A stretch of 64,000 bases of DNA from Candidatus Acidiferrales bacterium (GCA_963748515.1 CAVVJI010000010.1:39330-103329); one strand, 5' to 3'; shown: positions 31,168-41,700, counted from the stretch's first letter. Made by a program: numbers and translations. The notes: a model not told the origin generated them from the letters alone.

Positions 31168-32270
31168 GTGGTACAGGAACGGCGGCGGAGCAGGTGCAGA
31201 CGTTGGGGCCAATCTCCAAAACGATGCGGGCGGGTGTATACCGCGACAAAGGCGTGGTTCGCGTGGAAGAAGTGCCGGTGCCGGTGGTAGGCCCGGACGA
31301 AGTGCTCATCAAGGTGGCGGCCTGCGGGGTTTGCGGCACGGACATCAAGAAGATCTTCCAGCGATACGTGGAACCACCGCAGATTCTGGGTCACGAATTG
31401 GCGGGCACCGTGGTTGCGATCGGCCCCGGCGTCAGAAAATGGAAGCTGGGCGACCGGGTAATGAGCTTTCATCACATTCCCTGCGGCACCTGCTTTTTTT
31501 GCGAGAAGCGGCTGTTCTCCCAATGCAAGCAATACAAGACAACCGGCCTGACAGGGGGCTTCACTCCCAATGGAGGCGGCTTCGGGCAATACGTGAAGGC
31601 CATGCCATGGGTGGCTGAGCGGGGAATTATGGCGTTGCCAGACAATGTGAGCTTCGAAGAAGCCACGTTCATTGAACCGATCAATACGATTGTGAAGGCG
31701 GTGCAGAAAGCGCGTGTGGCTCCGGGGGAAACTGTGCTGGTAGTGGGCTGCGGACCAATTGGCCTGCAGCTATTGATGGTGGCGAAGACCCAGGGCGCCC
31801 GCCTGTATACCAGCGACCCTATGGCTACCCGCCGCCAGAAGAGTCTAACTTTGGGAGCACTGGAGTCTTTTGACCCCACAAGTGGTAAGCTAGTGGGCGA
31901 AGTTCGGGCTCGAACGGAAAGCCGGGGGGCCGACGCCGTTCTGGTGGCAGTAGCACATCCGTCAGTGGTAGTAGAAGCCTTGGCAGCCGCCCGGCCGGGC
32001 GGTCGAGTTTTGCTGTTTGCCGCAAATGACCCAGTAACCAGAATTGAGTTTCCGGCCAGTGCGGTAGGTATTGACGAAAAGGAAATCCTAGGTAGCTATA
32101 GCGCCGCAGTGGACATCCAAGAAAGTGCAGCAGAGTTGGTGCTGGGCAAGAAACTGCCGGTAATGGAAATTGTCACGCACCGGTACCCATTGGATAGAAT
32201 TCAGGAAGGGCTGGAATTGGCAGCCAGGCCAACTGAAGATTCGTTAAAAGTACTGATCACGCACGAATGA
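31164..32270 (+). CDS. Zn-dependent (MDR) alcohol/polyol dehydrogenase 1
   Basis: CGVCGTD, GHE, CxxCxxC...C structural Zn site, GCGPIG. Confidence 0.9.
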   Translation: MSGTGTAAEQVQTLGPISKTMRAGVYRDKGVVRVEEVPVPVVGPDEVLIKVAACGVCGTDIKKIFQRYVEPPQILGHELAGTVVAIGPGVRKWKLGDRVMSFHHIPCGTCFFCEKRLFSQCKQYKTTGLTGGFTPNGGGFGQYVKAMPWVAERGIMALPDNVSFEEATFIEPINTIVKAVQKARVAPGETVLVVGCGPIGLQLLMVAKTQGARLYTSDPMATRRQKSLTLGALESFDPTSGKLVGEVRARTESRGADAVLVAVAHPSVVVEALAAARPGGRVLLFAANDPVTRIEFPASAVGIDEKEILGSYSAAVDIQESAAELVLGKKLPVMEIVTHRYPLDRIQEGLELAARPTEDSLKVLITHE

Positions 32271-33382
32271 AAGCGGCTTCCACAAAAAGAATCGATGCGG
32301 CGCAAGAAGAGCCGATAACGACGGTGAAACTCGCGGTGCCTGCACGGATGACCGCTGCAGTGCTCTACGGGTCGGAAGACTTGCGTATTGAACAGATCGA
32401 CGTGCCGGCTTTGGCCGGGGACGAGGTTCTGTTGCGAGTGCGGCTGGCGCTGACCGACGGCACCGACCTGAAGGTCTGGAAGCGCGGTTACCACGCCAAG
32501 ATGATTCAACCTCCCGCGGTGTTCGGCCATGAAGTTGTGGGCGAGATCGTGGGCATGGGCAAGCGTGTGGATACTCGCTGGCGCCCTGGGATGCGTGTGA
32601 TTGCGGCCAATTCGGCACCCTGCTTCCGTTGCTATCACTGCCGCCGGGGCCAGGAAAATCTTTGCGACGATTTATTGTTCAATAACGGAGCGTACGCCGA
32701 GTACATGCGCATCCCGGGACGCATCGTCCGGGAGAACATGCTGGAAGTGCCGTATTCGGTGGACGACCACAGCGCGGCGCTGGTGGAACCGTTGGCTTGC
32801 GTCATGCGCGGCATCCACGAAACGGAAGTGCGCACCGGTGACACCGCTGCGGTGATTGGTTGCGGTCCGATTGGCTTGATGTTTGTGCGCATGCTGTCGC
32901 GGCGCGGGTTGCGCGTGATTGCCCTGGCCCGGCGGGAAGCGCCGCTGGAAGTGGCCCGGAAGTTGGGCGCCACTTGCACGATCAATGTGACGGAATGCGC
33001 GGACGTGGTCGCGGCCGTGCGGACGCAGACCGAAGAATTGCGTGGGCCCGATTGCGTGGTGGAAGCAGCCGGGAACCCGGCTACCTGGGAACAGGCGCTG
33101 TCCATGGTGCGCCGCGGGGGCGTGGTCAATTTCTTCAGCGGCTTGCCCGCCGACAGCCGCGTGGAAATCGAGCCGGCCGCTGTGCATTATTCTGAAATCA
33201 AGATTATTTCCACCTTCCACCACACCCCGCGATTTATCCGGGAAGCGATGGAAGCCATACGGCGCGGCGACGTTTCTGCGCAGGATTTCGTCACGGAAGA
33301 AATCCGTCTGGAAGATCTGCCGCAGGCATTCGAACGAATGAAAGCGCGTAGCGGAGAGATCAAGCTCGCGGTACGGCCGTAA
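32267..33382 (+). CDS. Zn-dependent (MDR) alcohol/polyol dehydrogenase 2
   Basis: TDGTD, GHE, CFRCYHC...C, GCGPIG. Confidence 0.9.
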   Translation: MKAASTKRIDAAQEEPITTVKLAVPARMTAAVLYGSEDLRIEQIDVPALAGDEVLLRVRLALTDGTDLKVWKRGYHAKMIQPPAVFGHEVVGEIVGMGKRVDTRWRPGMRVIAANSAPCFRCYHCRRGQENLCDDLLFNNGAYAEYMRIPGRIVRENMLEVPYSVDDHSAALVEPLACVMRGIHETEVRTGDTAAVIGCGPIGLMFVRMLSRRGLRVIALARREAPLEVARKLGATCTINVTECADVVAAVRTQTEELRGPDCVVEAAGNPATWEQALSMVRRGGVVNFFSGLPADSRVEIEPAAVHYSEIKIISTFHHTPRFIREAMEAIRRGDVSAQDFVTEEIRLEDLPQAFERMKARSGEIKLAVRP

Positions 33383-33442
33383 TTTAAACGCGCTGGAAGT
33401 ACATTCTGCTCCAACGGAAAAAATGAGGTGTAAGTCCGGAAG

Positions 33443-35387
33443 ATGTTGCGTCCTGGTGAACTCGGGCTGGCTGAAAAATTGCCCACAGACGGTTGTAGCC
33501 CCGCGCAGGCCCAGGAGTATACGCGGTGGCTGGCGACCCATCACTACGAGAACTTCAATGTGGTGTCCTGGCTCTTGCCCAGGGAGTTGCATCAGCACTT
33601 CTATAACGTGTACGCGTATTGTCGCTGGGCCGACGATCTGGGCGATGAAATTCCTGATAAGGCGCGGGCGCTGGAATTGCTGGACTGGTGGGAGCGCGAA
33701 CTAGACCAATGCTACCAGGGACGGCCTGTGCATCCCGTCTTTGTGGCGCTCGCAGAGACGATTCGGGACAAAAACGTTCCTCGAGAACCATTCGCCAATT
33801 TGCTCAAGGCCTTTCGGCAGGACCAGACTACCAAGCGCTACCCCACGTGGGACGCGGTGATCGACTACTGCGAATATTCGGCAAACCCCGTGGGACGGCT
33901 GGTGCTGTATCTCTGCGGGTATCGTGACGAGCACCGCCAAAAATTGTCCGACGCGACGTGCACTGCCTTGCAACTGGCCAATTTCTGGCAGGACGTTTCG
34001 CGCGATCTGGAAAAAGGACGGATTTACATACCCTTGGACGTGGCTGCAGCGCATGGCGTCAGCGAATCCGACATCGTGGAAAAAAAGTTCTGCGAGCCGT
34101 ACAAGGCGTTGATGGTGGATCTGATCGCACGGACGCGCACGCTCTTCGCGGAAGGGTTGCCACTCGCAAAGCAGGTGCAAGGCAAGCTGGCGATTGACCT
34201 GGAAATGTTCAGCCGTGGCGGACTGGCCGTGCTGGACGCCATCGAGCGCATCGGCTACGACACGTTGCACCACCGGCCGGAAGTTTCCAAAGGGCAGCAG
34301 GTGCGCTTGCTGGGCCGAGCGATTGTGACGCACGCCTTCGGATCTGGCGCCGGACGGCAACGGGCGGTGGTATCGGAAATTAGCGGCGCGGCGAACGGCG
34401 CGCAGGATCAGCGGACAGTGGCGTCGTACGAGAAGTGCCACCAGATTGCCCGCGAGGCCCACAGCAACTTCTATCCGGCGTTTTTCCTTTTGCCCAAGCC
34501 CAAGCGCGATTCCATTGTGGCGCTCTATGCCTTCATGCGCCTGATCGACGACGTTTCCGACGAAGGCAGCGATCTGGCCGCGAAGCAAATGGGGCTGGCG
34601 CGCTGGCGCAGGGCTCTGGATGAAGCGGTGATGGGCAGGGAACAGAGCGTGGACGGAAGCGGTGCGATGGATTCCGCGCGCGAATCGCTGGCCGGAGCCG
34701 AAGAGGTATTACCTGCGCTGGTCGACACGATGCAACGCTTCCACATGCCCGCGCGTTATCTCCATGACCTGATTTCCGGCGCGGAAATGGACCTGACGAT
34801 TCACGCATATCCGACGTTCGACCGTTTGCGGGAGTATTGCTATCGGGTTGCGGGGACGGTGGGACTAACGTGTACGCACATATTCGAATTTCAGGATTCG
34901 CGCGCTCTGGACTTGGCTGAAAAACTGGGGTTGGCGTTTCAATTGACCAATATTCTTCGCGATGTGAAGGAAGACTACGCAATCGGGCGCGTGTACCTGC
35001 CGGAAGAAGATTTGGCGAAGTACGGCGTGACCCACGAAGATTTGGGACGCTACGGAACCAACCTTGGGCGTGCGAGAGTTGCTGCGGTTTGAAGCCGACC
35101 GCGCTTGGGCGATGTACGAAGAAGGCGCGGCGCTGGTGGATTTGATCGCGGAAGACAGCCGGGCGACGCTTTGGCTGTTGACGCATACCTACAGTTCGCT
35201 GCTGGCACGGATCGAGTCGGTGGATTTCCAGGTTTTTGGCGAGCGCGTGCGGCTTTCCAAAGCAGAAAAAATGATGTTGATTGCCAAGGCGCGCCTGGGG
35301 CGCCACACGGAAGAGACCATACTTGCAAAACGTGATCGTGATCGGCGGCGGGCTGGCGGGGCTGTCGGCGGGCGTCGCGCTGGCTGA
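33443..35387 (+). CDS. hpnC: Fused HpnC-HpnD squalene-synthesis protein (frameshift near 35055)
   Basis: N-half HYENF...ADDLGDE...LQLANFWQD (HpnC); C-half SNFY...IDDVSD...FQLTNILRDV..D...GRVYLP (HpnD); both in one frame. Confidence 0.85.
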
Positions 35388-36741
35388 AGCCGGTTGCCGC
35401 GTTCGATTGTTCGAGCAGAAGCCGTTTCTTGGTGGCCGCGCCACGTCGTACGTGTTGCCGGATGGCGAGCACGTCGACAATTGCCAGCACGTAACGCTGG
35501 GTTGTTGCACAAATCTTGAGGATTTTTATCAGCGGGTGGGCGCCGGCAACAAAATTAAGTTCTTTGACCGACTGCTGTTCCAGGATCCGCAGGGACGCAC
35601 TGGCGTGATGCAGGCGGGAATGCTGCCGGCTCCGCTGCACATGGCCGGATCGTTTACGACGTTCGCGCCGTTGAGTTTCGCCGACAAGCTCAGTATCGGT
35701 CGGGCGCTGTTTGAAATTCTGCGGACCAAAGGCCAACCGGCAGACTTGGCCGAGTCACCGCCAATTTCCATGTTGGAGTGGCTGCGGCGCAGGCGGCAAA
35801 CCGCTGGCGCCATCGAGCGTTTCTGGCGAGTGGTGCTGGTCAGCGCGCTCGATGAGGAACTCGATCGGACCGACGCGCGCTATGGCATCGATGTTTTTTG
35901 GAAGGGGTTCCTGTCCAATCGCACCGGCTACCGGATGGGCGTCCCGGTGGTGCCGCTTTCGGAGTTGTATGACGGCTGCAAGCAAGAGATCGAACGGCGC
36001 GGCGGGGAAGTGACTTTACGCAGCCCGGTGCGTCGAATTGACTTTGCAGGCGAGGAAATCCGCGGCGTGGAATTCGACGGCGGGAGAACCGAAACCGCCG
36101 ACGCTTATGTTTTCGCACTGCAGCAGGGGAACCTATTGGACCTGTTACCGGAAGACAGAAAGAGCACTGGTATTTTTGCTGGGGTGCAGCGGATACGGGT
36201 GTCCCCAATTACCGGCGTGCATTTTTGGTTTGACCGGGTGGTCATGCGGGAACCATTTGTGACCTTGCTGGACACCACGACGCAGTGGATCTTCAACAAA
36301 ACGATGCTGTACGGCAACGCCAACGGCGACCAGGGGCAGTATCTGCAGTTAGTCATCAGCGCGTCCTACGACCTTCTACCGAAGCCGCGGCAAGAGATTA
36401 TTGATTTGTGTTTGCGCGAGGTGCGCCATGCGCTCCCGGAAGCGTCCAATGCGAAACTGGTGAAAGCCACGGTCATCAAGGAAGCGGCCGCCACGTTCTC
36501 TCCAGAGCCGGGAATCGATGCATTCCGGCCCAATCAGGCTACGAATGTTGCACGCATGTTTCTGGCGGGAGATTGGACGAATACCGGATGGCCGTCAACG
36601 ATGGAAGGCGCGGTGCGCAGCGGATATCTGGCAGCGGAAGCGGTCTTGAAGGCGCACGGGCAGGCGCGCGCATTCTTGAAGCCGGATTTGCCTGCCGACG
36701 GTTTGGTGCGGTTCTTGAGTGGCAGCGCGAAGCGGGGATGA
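35323..36741 (+). CDS. hpnE: Hydroxysqualene dehydroxylase HpnE (FAD-dependent)
   Basis: VIVIGGGLAG, LGGRATS, DNCQH, LAGDWT..GWPSTMEGAVRSG. Confidence 0.93.
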   Translation: MQNVIVIGGGLAGLSAGVALAEAGCRVRLFEQKPFLGGRATSYVLPDGEHVDNCQHVTLGCCTNLEDFYQRVGAGNKIKFFDRLLFQDPQGRTGVMQAGMLPAPLHMAGSFTTFAPLSFADKLSIGRALFEILRTKGQPADLAESPPISMLEWLRRRRQTAGAIERFWRVVLVSALDEELDRTDARYGIDVFWKGFLSNRTGYRMGVPVVPLSELYDGCKQEIERRGGEVTLRSPVRRIDFAGEEIRGVEFDGGRTETADAYVFALQQGNLLDLLPEDRKSTGIFAGVQRIRVSPITGVHFWFDRVVMREPFVTLLDTTTQWIFNKTMLYGNANGDQGQYLQLVISASYDLLPKPRQEIIDLCLREVRHALPEASNAKLVKATVIKEAAATFSPEPGIDAFRPNQATNVARMFLAGDWTNTGWPSTMEGAVRSGYLAAEAVLKAHGQARAFLKPDLPADGLVRFLSGSAKRG

Positions 36742-36809
36742 TGCTCTTTTTGCGGTTCTAAGGGCTTACCCTGCTTGACTTCGCAGGAGTAGAGGATTAC
36801 AAACATAGA

Positions 36810-36975
36810 GGTCCCACTCCTACTCTGCCGAAGCCACGCTCGATACCGCTCTAGGGATAGACTGATTGCTTCGGTAAGTGTAACTACCCGATGGTCAAGC
36901 ATCGCGAATAGAAACTGAGCCGAACGGTTGTGTGGAATTCTGTGGCAGTGGCAGTCCGTCAGGACTGACGGACGG
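36810..36975 (+). ncRNA. Candidate structured RNA (6S-like or cis-regulatory leader)
   Basis: Nested complementary segments, a cUUCGg-capped stem at 36866-36877 and an 8-bp hairpin at 36954-36973; TTGACT -35-like box at 36775. Confidence 0.35.
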
Positions 36976-36983
36976 AGGCGTTT

Positions 36984-37472
36984 GTGGATCGTAAGTACGG
37001 ACACCGCGGTTATCGTGACGCGGAAAAGCAGGAAAAACACGAGAAACGAGACAAGCACGATCGCAAGCCCCCGCAGGGCGGCCCGCGCGGCGCCACGGAT
37101 CATCTCGGTCCGCGCACTCCGCGCATGGTCGGCACCGTAACGCGCGCGCGTTGCGCCAATTGCGGCGCGGTGCTGGTGGCGGGCTTCGATGTGAACGGCA
37201 AATGCCCGAAATGCGGATTCGAGTTGCACTGTTGCAAGCAGTGCCGCTTCTTCGATTCGGGCGCGCAGTTTGAATGTACCAAGCCGATTACCGCGCGGGT
37301 CACGCCCAAAGACGCGCGAAACAATTGCACGTTCTACGAATTTCGAACGACGGTTGAGAAAGATACGGCGCCCACCACATACATGCAGCCCGCTCAAGTT
37401 CCGGTAGAAGCTCCTGCTCCGTCCCGCCCGCTGGATGCCCGCCAGGCTTTCGAAAATCTCTTCAAGAAGTAA
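36984..37472 (+). CDS. Cysteine-rich (putative multi-zinc-finger) hypothetical protein
   Basis: GGAGG RBS, CANC, CPKC, CCKQC...EC...NC motifs. Confidence 0.75.
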   Translation: MDRKYGHRGYRDAEKQEKHEKRDKHDRKPPQGGPRGATDHLGPRTPRMVGTVTRARCANCGAVLVAGFDVNGKCPKCGFELHCCKQCRFFDSGAQFECTKPITARVTPKDARNNCTFYEFRTTVEKDTAPTTYMQPAQVPVEAPAPSRPLDARQAFENLFKK

Positions 37473-38427
37473 CCCGCTTCGTTTTTGATTTTGCACGAGG
37501 AGTTTGGGGTACCGGTTCCGCCATTGGGAAAAGTGTGGGCGCTTGCGGCATTTCCGCGGCGATCTGCTCCAGTTGCGGATAGTGCTGCCGCAACGGCTCT
37601 GGAATCTTCAGCTTGCTCTCCTTTAAAACACTGATCAGCTGCAACGCGTTCACCACCGCTTTGCCGAGGTAATGATTGTTGGTGATCACGAAAGTCTTGC
37701 GGGTGTGTTCCTGCAGATCGCGAATGCGATGGACCCAGGGGTCGAGCTCTTCTTGCGTGTAGAGATAGTTGTAGCGTTCATGCCGTGGAGTGGTCGGGTT
37801 GTCGTCGAACCACGTGTCGTAGCGGCGTCCGTGCAGGCGCACATAACCAATGGGAGAAGTGACCTCGGCGGTCGGCTCGAGCGAGCGGCCGATAACGGGC
37901 TGGTCGACATTGCAGAATGCGGCGCGATGCTCGGAAAGAAGAGCGAGCGTCTGCGCGGAGTGCCACGAGGAATGGCGAAGCTCCACAACCAGCGGGTAAT
38001 CGCCAAAGCGTATCAGCAGCGATGCGAGATAAGCGAAGTTCTCCGGGTTGGAATGAAAAGAGAAAGGGAACTGTGCGAGGACCGCCCCGAGTTTCCCGGC
38101 TTTCACCAGCGGCTCGAATCCGGCGCGCACCGCTCTTTCGTCTTCTAGGGAAGTGGAAGGATCGTGCGTGAAGTTCTGCCAGAGTTTTGCGGTGAATAGA
38201 AAATTGGGATTGTGAGCGACGCGGTCGAGCCACGAGACTGCGTTCTCCGGCTTGAGGGGATGGTAGAACGACGTGTTGATTTCGATGGTGTCGAAAAATT
38301 GCGCCAGATAAGTGGCTTCGTGAAAGCCCTTGGGCTTCGGCGAAGGGTATACGTAACCGGCCCAGTCCGGATAAGCCCAACCCGCCGGGCCGACCAGCAG
38401 AGTCGATGTGGGTTTTGTGCGGGTCAT
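37462..38427 (-). CDS. DUF72 domain protein
   Basis: GPAGWAYPDW, EINTSFY, QFP, ELRH, YVRLHGR, YLY. Confidence 0.92.
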   Translation of the reverse strand: MTRTKPTSTLLVGPAGWAYPDWAGYVYPSPKPKGFHEATYLAQFFDTIEINTSFYHPLKPENAVSWLDRVAHNPNFLFTAKLWQNFTHDPSTSLEDERAVRAGFEPLVKAGKLGAVLAQFPFSFHSNPENFAYLASLLIRFGDYPLVVELRHSSWHSAQTLALLSEHRAAFCNVDQPVIGRSLEPTAEVTSPIGYVRLHGRRYDTWFDDNPTTPRHERYNYLYTQEELDPWVHRIRDLQEHTRKTFVITNNHYLGKAVVNALQLISVLKESKLKIPEPLRQHYPQLEQIAAEMPQAPTLFPMAEPVPQTPRAKSKTKRVTS

Positions 38428-38642
38428 GGCAATCGGTTCACTGTACCGTGAGTCTCACGGCCACGCCATACGCTCGCTATGCGATAGATTTGGGTATGCT
38501 CGTGTTGCGACGGCGGAAATAACCGTACCTGGCGGTGATTGCCATGACCGCAACGTGGGCGTATGCTGTGCGCATATGCGGTGCAGAAGCAAGCTGCGTC
38601 GCGTTCCTTCCTTAGTTTCAACGTTTCCCTACAGGTGCAACC

Positions 38643-38978
38643 ATGAACGTTTCATTCAGCTATAAGCATGTGGAGTCGCAAGAGGCGGTAGCTGCTGAAG
38701 TGATGCGGCGATTGGACAAGCTCGGCAAATTGCTGAAGAGCTACCAGCCGGATCTGATTCAATTGCATGGCGTATTTTCGCAGAATCAGAGGACCGACGA
38801 GCGGTCGCTGGCCCTGACGCTGTCGATGCCGACTGGAGTGCTGCATGCCGTGGGCAGCGGCAAGAACGCGCTAGCCGCCTGCAAGAATGCGTTCGCGGAA
38901 ATCGAAGATCAATTGAAGAAGCACCAATCGCTTGTACGCCGGGAACATGAATGGAAGCCGCGGCGCGATCGTAAATAG
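38643..38978 (+). CDS. HPF/RaiA (S30EA)-like ribosome-associated protein
   Basis: MNVSFSYKHV...LHA...AF..IE.QLKKH pattern of the S30EA fold. Confidence 0.7.
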   Translation: MNVSFSYKHVESQEAVAAEVMRRLDKLGKLLKSYQPDLIQLHGVFSQNQRTDERSLALTLSMPTGVLHAVGSGKNALAACKNAFAEIEDQLKKHQSLVRREHEWKPRRDRK

Positions 38979-39022
38979 CCGATCATTCAGCGCAACGGTG
39001 ATCCACAAATGTCGTAGTGAAA

Positions 39023-39976
39023 TCACAGTCCGTGCGCGGCGCGAAATTGCCGGACCGCTTCGGGCGGATCCAGTTGCAGAGAATCCACCTCGTAGTTCAG
39101 GTGGCGCATGTCGTCGGCAGTGATTTTGCCGCCTAGCTCGGCCAACGCCGATCGCAGATTCGGGAAGCGTTCGAGAGTGTCTTCGCGGACGACCGGCACT
39201 GCATCGTACGGCGGGAAATAGTGCAGATCGTCTTCGAGAGCGACCAAGTGCAGGCTCTCGATCTGGCCGTCGGTAGAGTTGCCTGCGACGATGTCCACCT
39301 GATGATCGATCAACGCGCGATAGACCAGCCCCAAATCCATGACGCGCGGGGCTGAACCGAAGCGCAGCTGATACTTGTCGCACCAGCCCCGGTAGCCATC
39401 CGGGCGTTCCTGGAATTCGTAGCCAACGCCGGCCTTCCAACTTGCGGCTAGCGGTCGAACATCGGAAACCCTGCGCAGATTGTGGCGCTGGGCGTCGTCG
39501 CCCCGCACTACCATCGCGAAGGTATTCTCGAATCCCAGCGGCTCCGTGACCGCGAGATGAAAGCGTTCCGCGTACCGCCGCTGCACTTCGTCGTAGATGC
39601 GCCGGGAAATCTCGGCTCCGGTCGCCGAACTGGTTACAAACTCCGCTGGAGATTCGTTGAGCACGGCGGTCAGCGCCGTACCTGTGTATTCGACATAAAG
39701 ATCGAGTTCGCCGGAAAGCAACGCTTTGTGGACCAGCAGCGAACCGCCCAGATTCGATTTGCGTTCCACGTGGATGCCGGTACGCGCTTCGATGTGTTGC
39801 GCCAGAAGTTCCGCCAGCACAACCTGTTCGGTGAAAAACTTGGAGCCAATCACGATGGTGTTGGCCGGCTTCGGCCGCTGGCAGCCGCTCAGCAAGACAG
39901 ACGCCGCGCTCATGGCGACCAAAACACCGACGCATATCCCGCGCAAAAACCTGTGTCTGGCCCAATCGGAGTTCAT
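39023..39976 (-). CDS. Glycine betaine/osmoprotectant ABC transporter substrate-binding lipoprotein
   Basis: LLSGC lipobox, IGSKFFTEQ, DLYVEYTGT, FPPY. Confidence 0.92.
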   Translation of the reverse strand: MNSDWARHRFLRGICVGVLVAMSAASVLLSGCQRPKPANTIVIGSKFFTEQVVLAELLAQHIEARTGIHVERKSNLGGSLLVHKALLSGELDLYVEYTGTALTAVLNESPAEFVTSSATGAEISRRIYDEVQRRYAERFHLAVTEPLGFENTFAMVVRGDDAQRHNLRRVSDVRPLAASWKAGVGYEFQERPDGYRGWCDKYQLRFGSAPRVMDLGLVYRALIDHQVDIVAGNSTDGQIESLHLVALEDDLHYFPPYDAVPVVREDTLERFPNLRSALAELGGKITADDMRHLNYEVDSLQLDPPEAVRQFRAAHGL

Positions 39977-39981
39977 CGGAT

Positions 39982-40614
39982 TCACACCACGCGGAAGTGC
40001 CGTTCCAGCCGGCCAAGCAGAAAGTCCGCCAGTATCGCCAGCAACGCCGCGGGAATCGCCCCCGCCAGCAGCAACGCATCGCTGACCAGCGCAACACCGC
40101 GAAAGATGAATTCGCCCAGGCCGCCGGCTCCTATGGCCGCTGCAATCGTCGCCACTCCGATGGTAATGATCGTTGCCGTACGAATGCCGGCAAGAATCAC
40201 GGATAGCGCCAACGGAAAGCGCACACGAAACATTATTTGCGTTTCGGTCATGCCCATGGCTTCGGCGGCATCCAGCACTGCGGGATCCACGGCGGTCAAC
40301 CCGACAAACGTGTTTCGCAGGATGGGCAGAAGCGCATAGAGCACCAGCGCCACGATGGCCGTTCGCCGTCCAATTCCGCCAATGAAGGGGATGGGGATCA
40401 GAAAGCCAAAAAGTGCCAGGCTGGGAATCGTCTGAAAAATATTGGCGAAGCCCAGCGTGATGTTGCGCAGCACCGGCCTGCGGACAATCCACATGCCCAG
40501 CGGGACGCCGATAGCAATCGCGATAGCCATGGCTACCAGCACCAGTTCCAGATGAATTGCCGTGGCCACCAGAATTTCCCGCCGGTGCGACAGGGAAAAT
40601 TGCAACGCACTCAT
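39982..40614 (-). CDS. Osmoprotectant ABC transporter permease
   Basis: QTIPSLALFG, EAA loop (AAEAMGMT), GAGGLG. Confidence 0.92.
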   Translation of the reverse strand: MSALQFSLSHRREILVATAIHLELVLVAMAIAIAIGVPLGMWIVRRPVLRNITLGFANIFQTIPSLALFGFLIPIPFIGGIGRRTAIVALVLYALLPILRNTFVGLTAVDPAVLDAAEAMGMTETQIMFRVRFPLALSVILAGIRTATIITIGVATIAAAIGAGGLGEFIFRGVALVSDALLLAGAIPAALLAILADFLLGRLERHFRVV

Positions 40615-41390
40615 GACCGCACCTCTTCCCCGGCCAGCAGCGAGTCCGCAAACGCGCGCGCTTCCGGATGCTCCAGTTTCAGGAACTCCCGCGGATCGCT
40701 TTCCGCCACGATCCGCCCGGACGCCAGCAGCACCACGCGCGTGCCCAAGAGCAACGCTTCGCGCAGATCGTGGGTGACAAACACAATCGTCTTGCGCAGG
40801 CGTTTCGCCAGCGACGCAAATTCCCGCTGCAATTCCGCCCGGGTGACCGGATCGAGCGCGCCGAATGGCTCGTCCATTAACAGGATGGGAGGATCTGCCG
40901 CCAGCGCGCGAGCGACTCCGACGCGTTGGCGTTGTCCCCCGGAAAGTTCTCGCGGAAGGCGCGAAGCGAATTGCGCAGCGTCGAGACCCACGAGGTGCAG
41001 CATTTCTTGGACGCGTGCGTGGATGCGCGCTTTGTCCCATTGCAGAAGTTCGGGCACCAGCGCGATGTTTTCCGCTACGGTGAAGTGCGGGAACAGCCCG
41101 GCATCCTGAATCACGTAGCCGATGCCGCGGCGCAATTGAATGGGGTTCCACTCGGTGGTCGAGCGATCGCCAACCCACACGGTTCCGCTGGTCGGGCGCA
41201 ACATTGCGTTGATCAGCTTCAGCAGCGTGGTCTTGCCGCTGCCACTGCGTCCCAAAAGAACCAGCGTTTCGGCGGGCCGAACCTCCAGAGTAATGTCACT
41301 GAGAATCTGCGGCGCGGAAGAATTGGCGAAGCGCAGCGAAACGTTCTGAAAAACGATGGAGCTGTTTGGTGGGGAGGCGGAGTCGGCCAT
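40611..41390 (-). CDS. Osmoprotectant ABC transporter ATP-binding protein
   Basis: GRSGSGKTT, LSGGQRQR, LLMDEPFGALD, FVTHD. Confidence 0.93.
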   Translation of the reverse strand: MADSASPPNSSIVFQNVSLRFANSSAPQILSDITLEVRPAETLVLLGRSGSGKTTLLKLINAMLRPTSGTVWVGDRSTTEWNPIQLRRGIGYVIQDAGLFPHFTVAENIALVPELLQWDKARIHARVQEMLHLVGLDAAQFASRLPRELSGGQRQRVGVARALAADPPILLMDEPFGALDPVTRAELQREFASLAKRLRKTIVFVTHDLREALLLGTRVVLLASGRIVAESDPREFLKLEHPEARAFADSLLAGEEVRS

Positions 41391-41671
41391 GAGCACCTGA
41401 TTTGCGAGCCTTGAGTGTAAACCGAGCGATGGAGGTGACGCACTCAGGAAGTGCTGTAGGGGGCCGGTGTCGAGGCCGCCAATCGCAGCTTGGGGAAATC
41501 GATGAGGTCGGTTAATGAGCTTGGGTCGTGAGGAAGCGTGAAGCTTTAAGCGGGAAGTGGGAAGCTCTCGTACACGGGCGAACGTCCGGAGCGAATAGGC
41601 GTCGCATAGGGTTGTTACGAAAGGCAGCCACGCGCGCATCGCTTGCCGAAATTCCGCAAGCGCGAAGCTCG

Positions 41672-41700
41672 TTGGAACAACGCGGGCCATACTGTAGAAT
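41672..41700 (+). promoter_or_regulatory. Sigma70-type promoter upstream of tRNA-Lys
   Basis: TTGGAA-N17-TAGAAT. Confidence 0.45.

Noticed and set aside
39976-40651. Permease-binding-protein fusion suggested by ORF 39023..40651
   Set aside because: The upstream extension is an off-frame overlap of the permease; the binding protein has its own ATG at 39976 and a lipobox.
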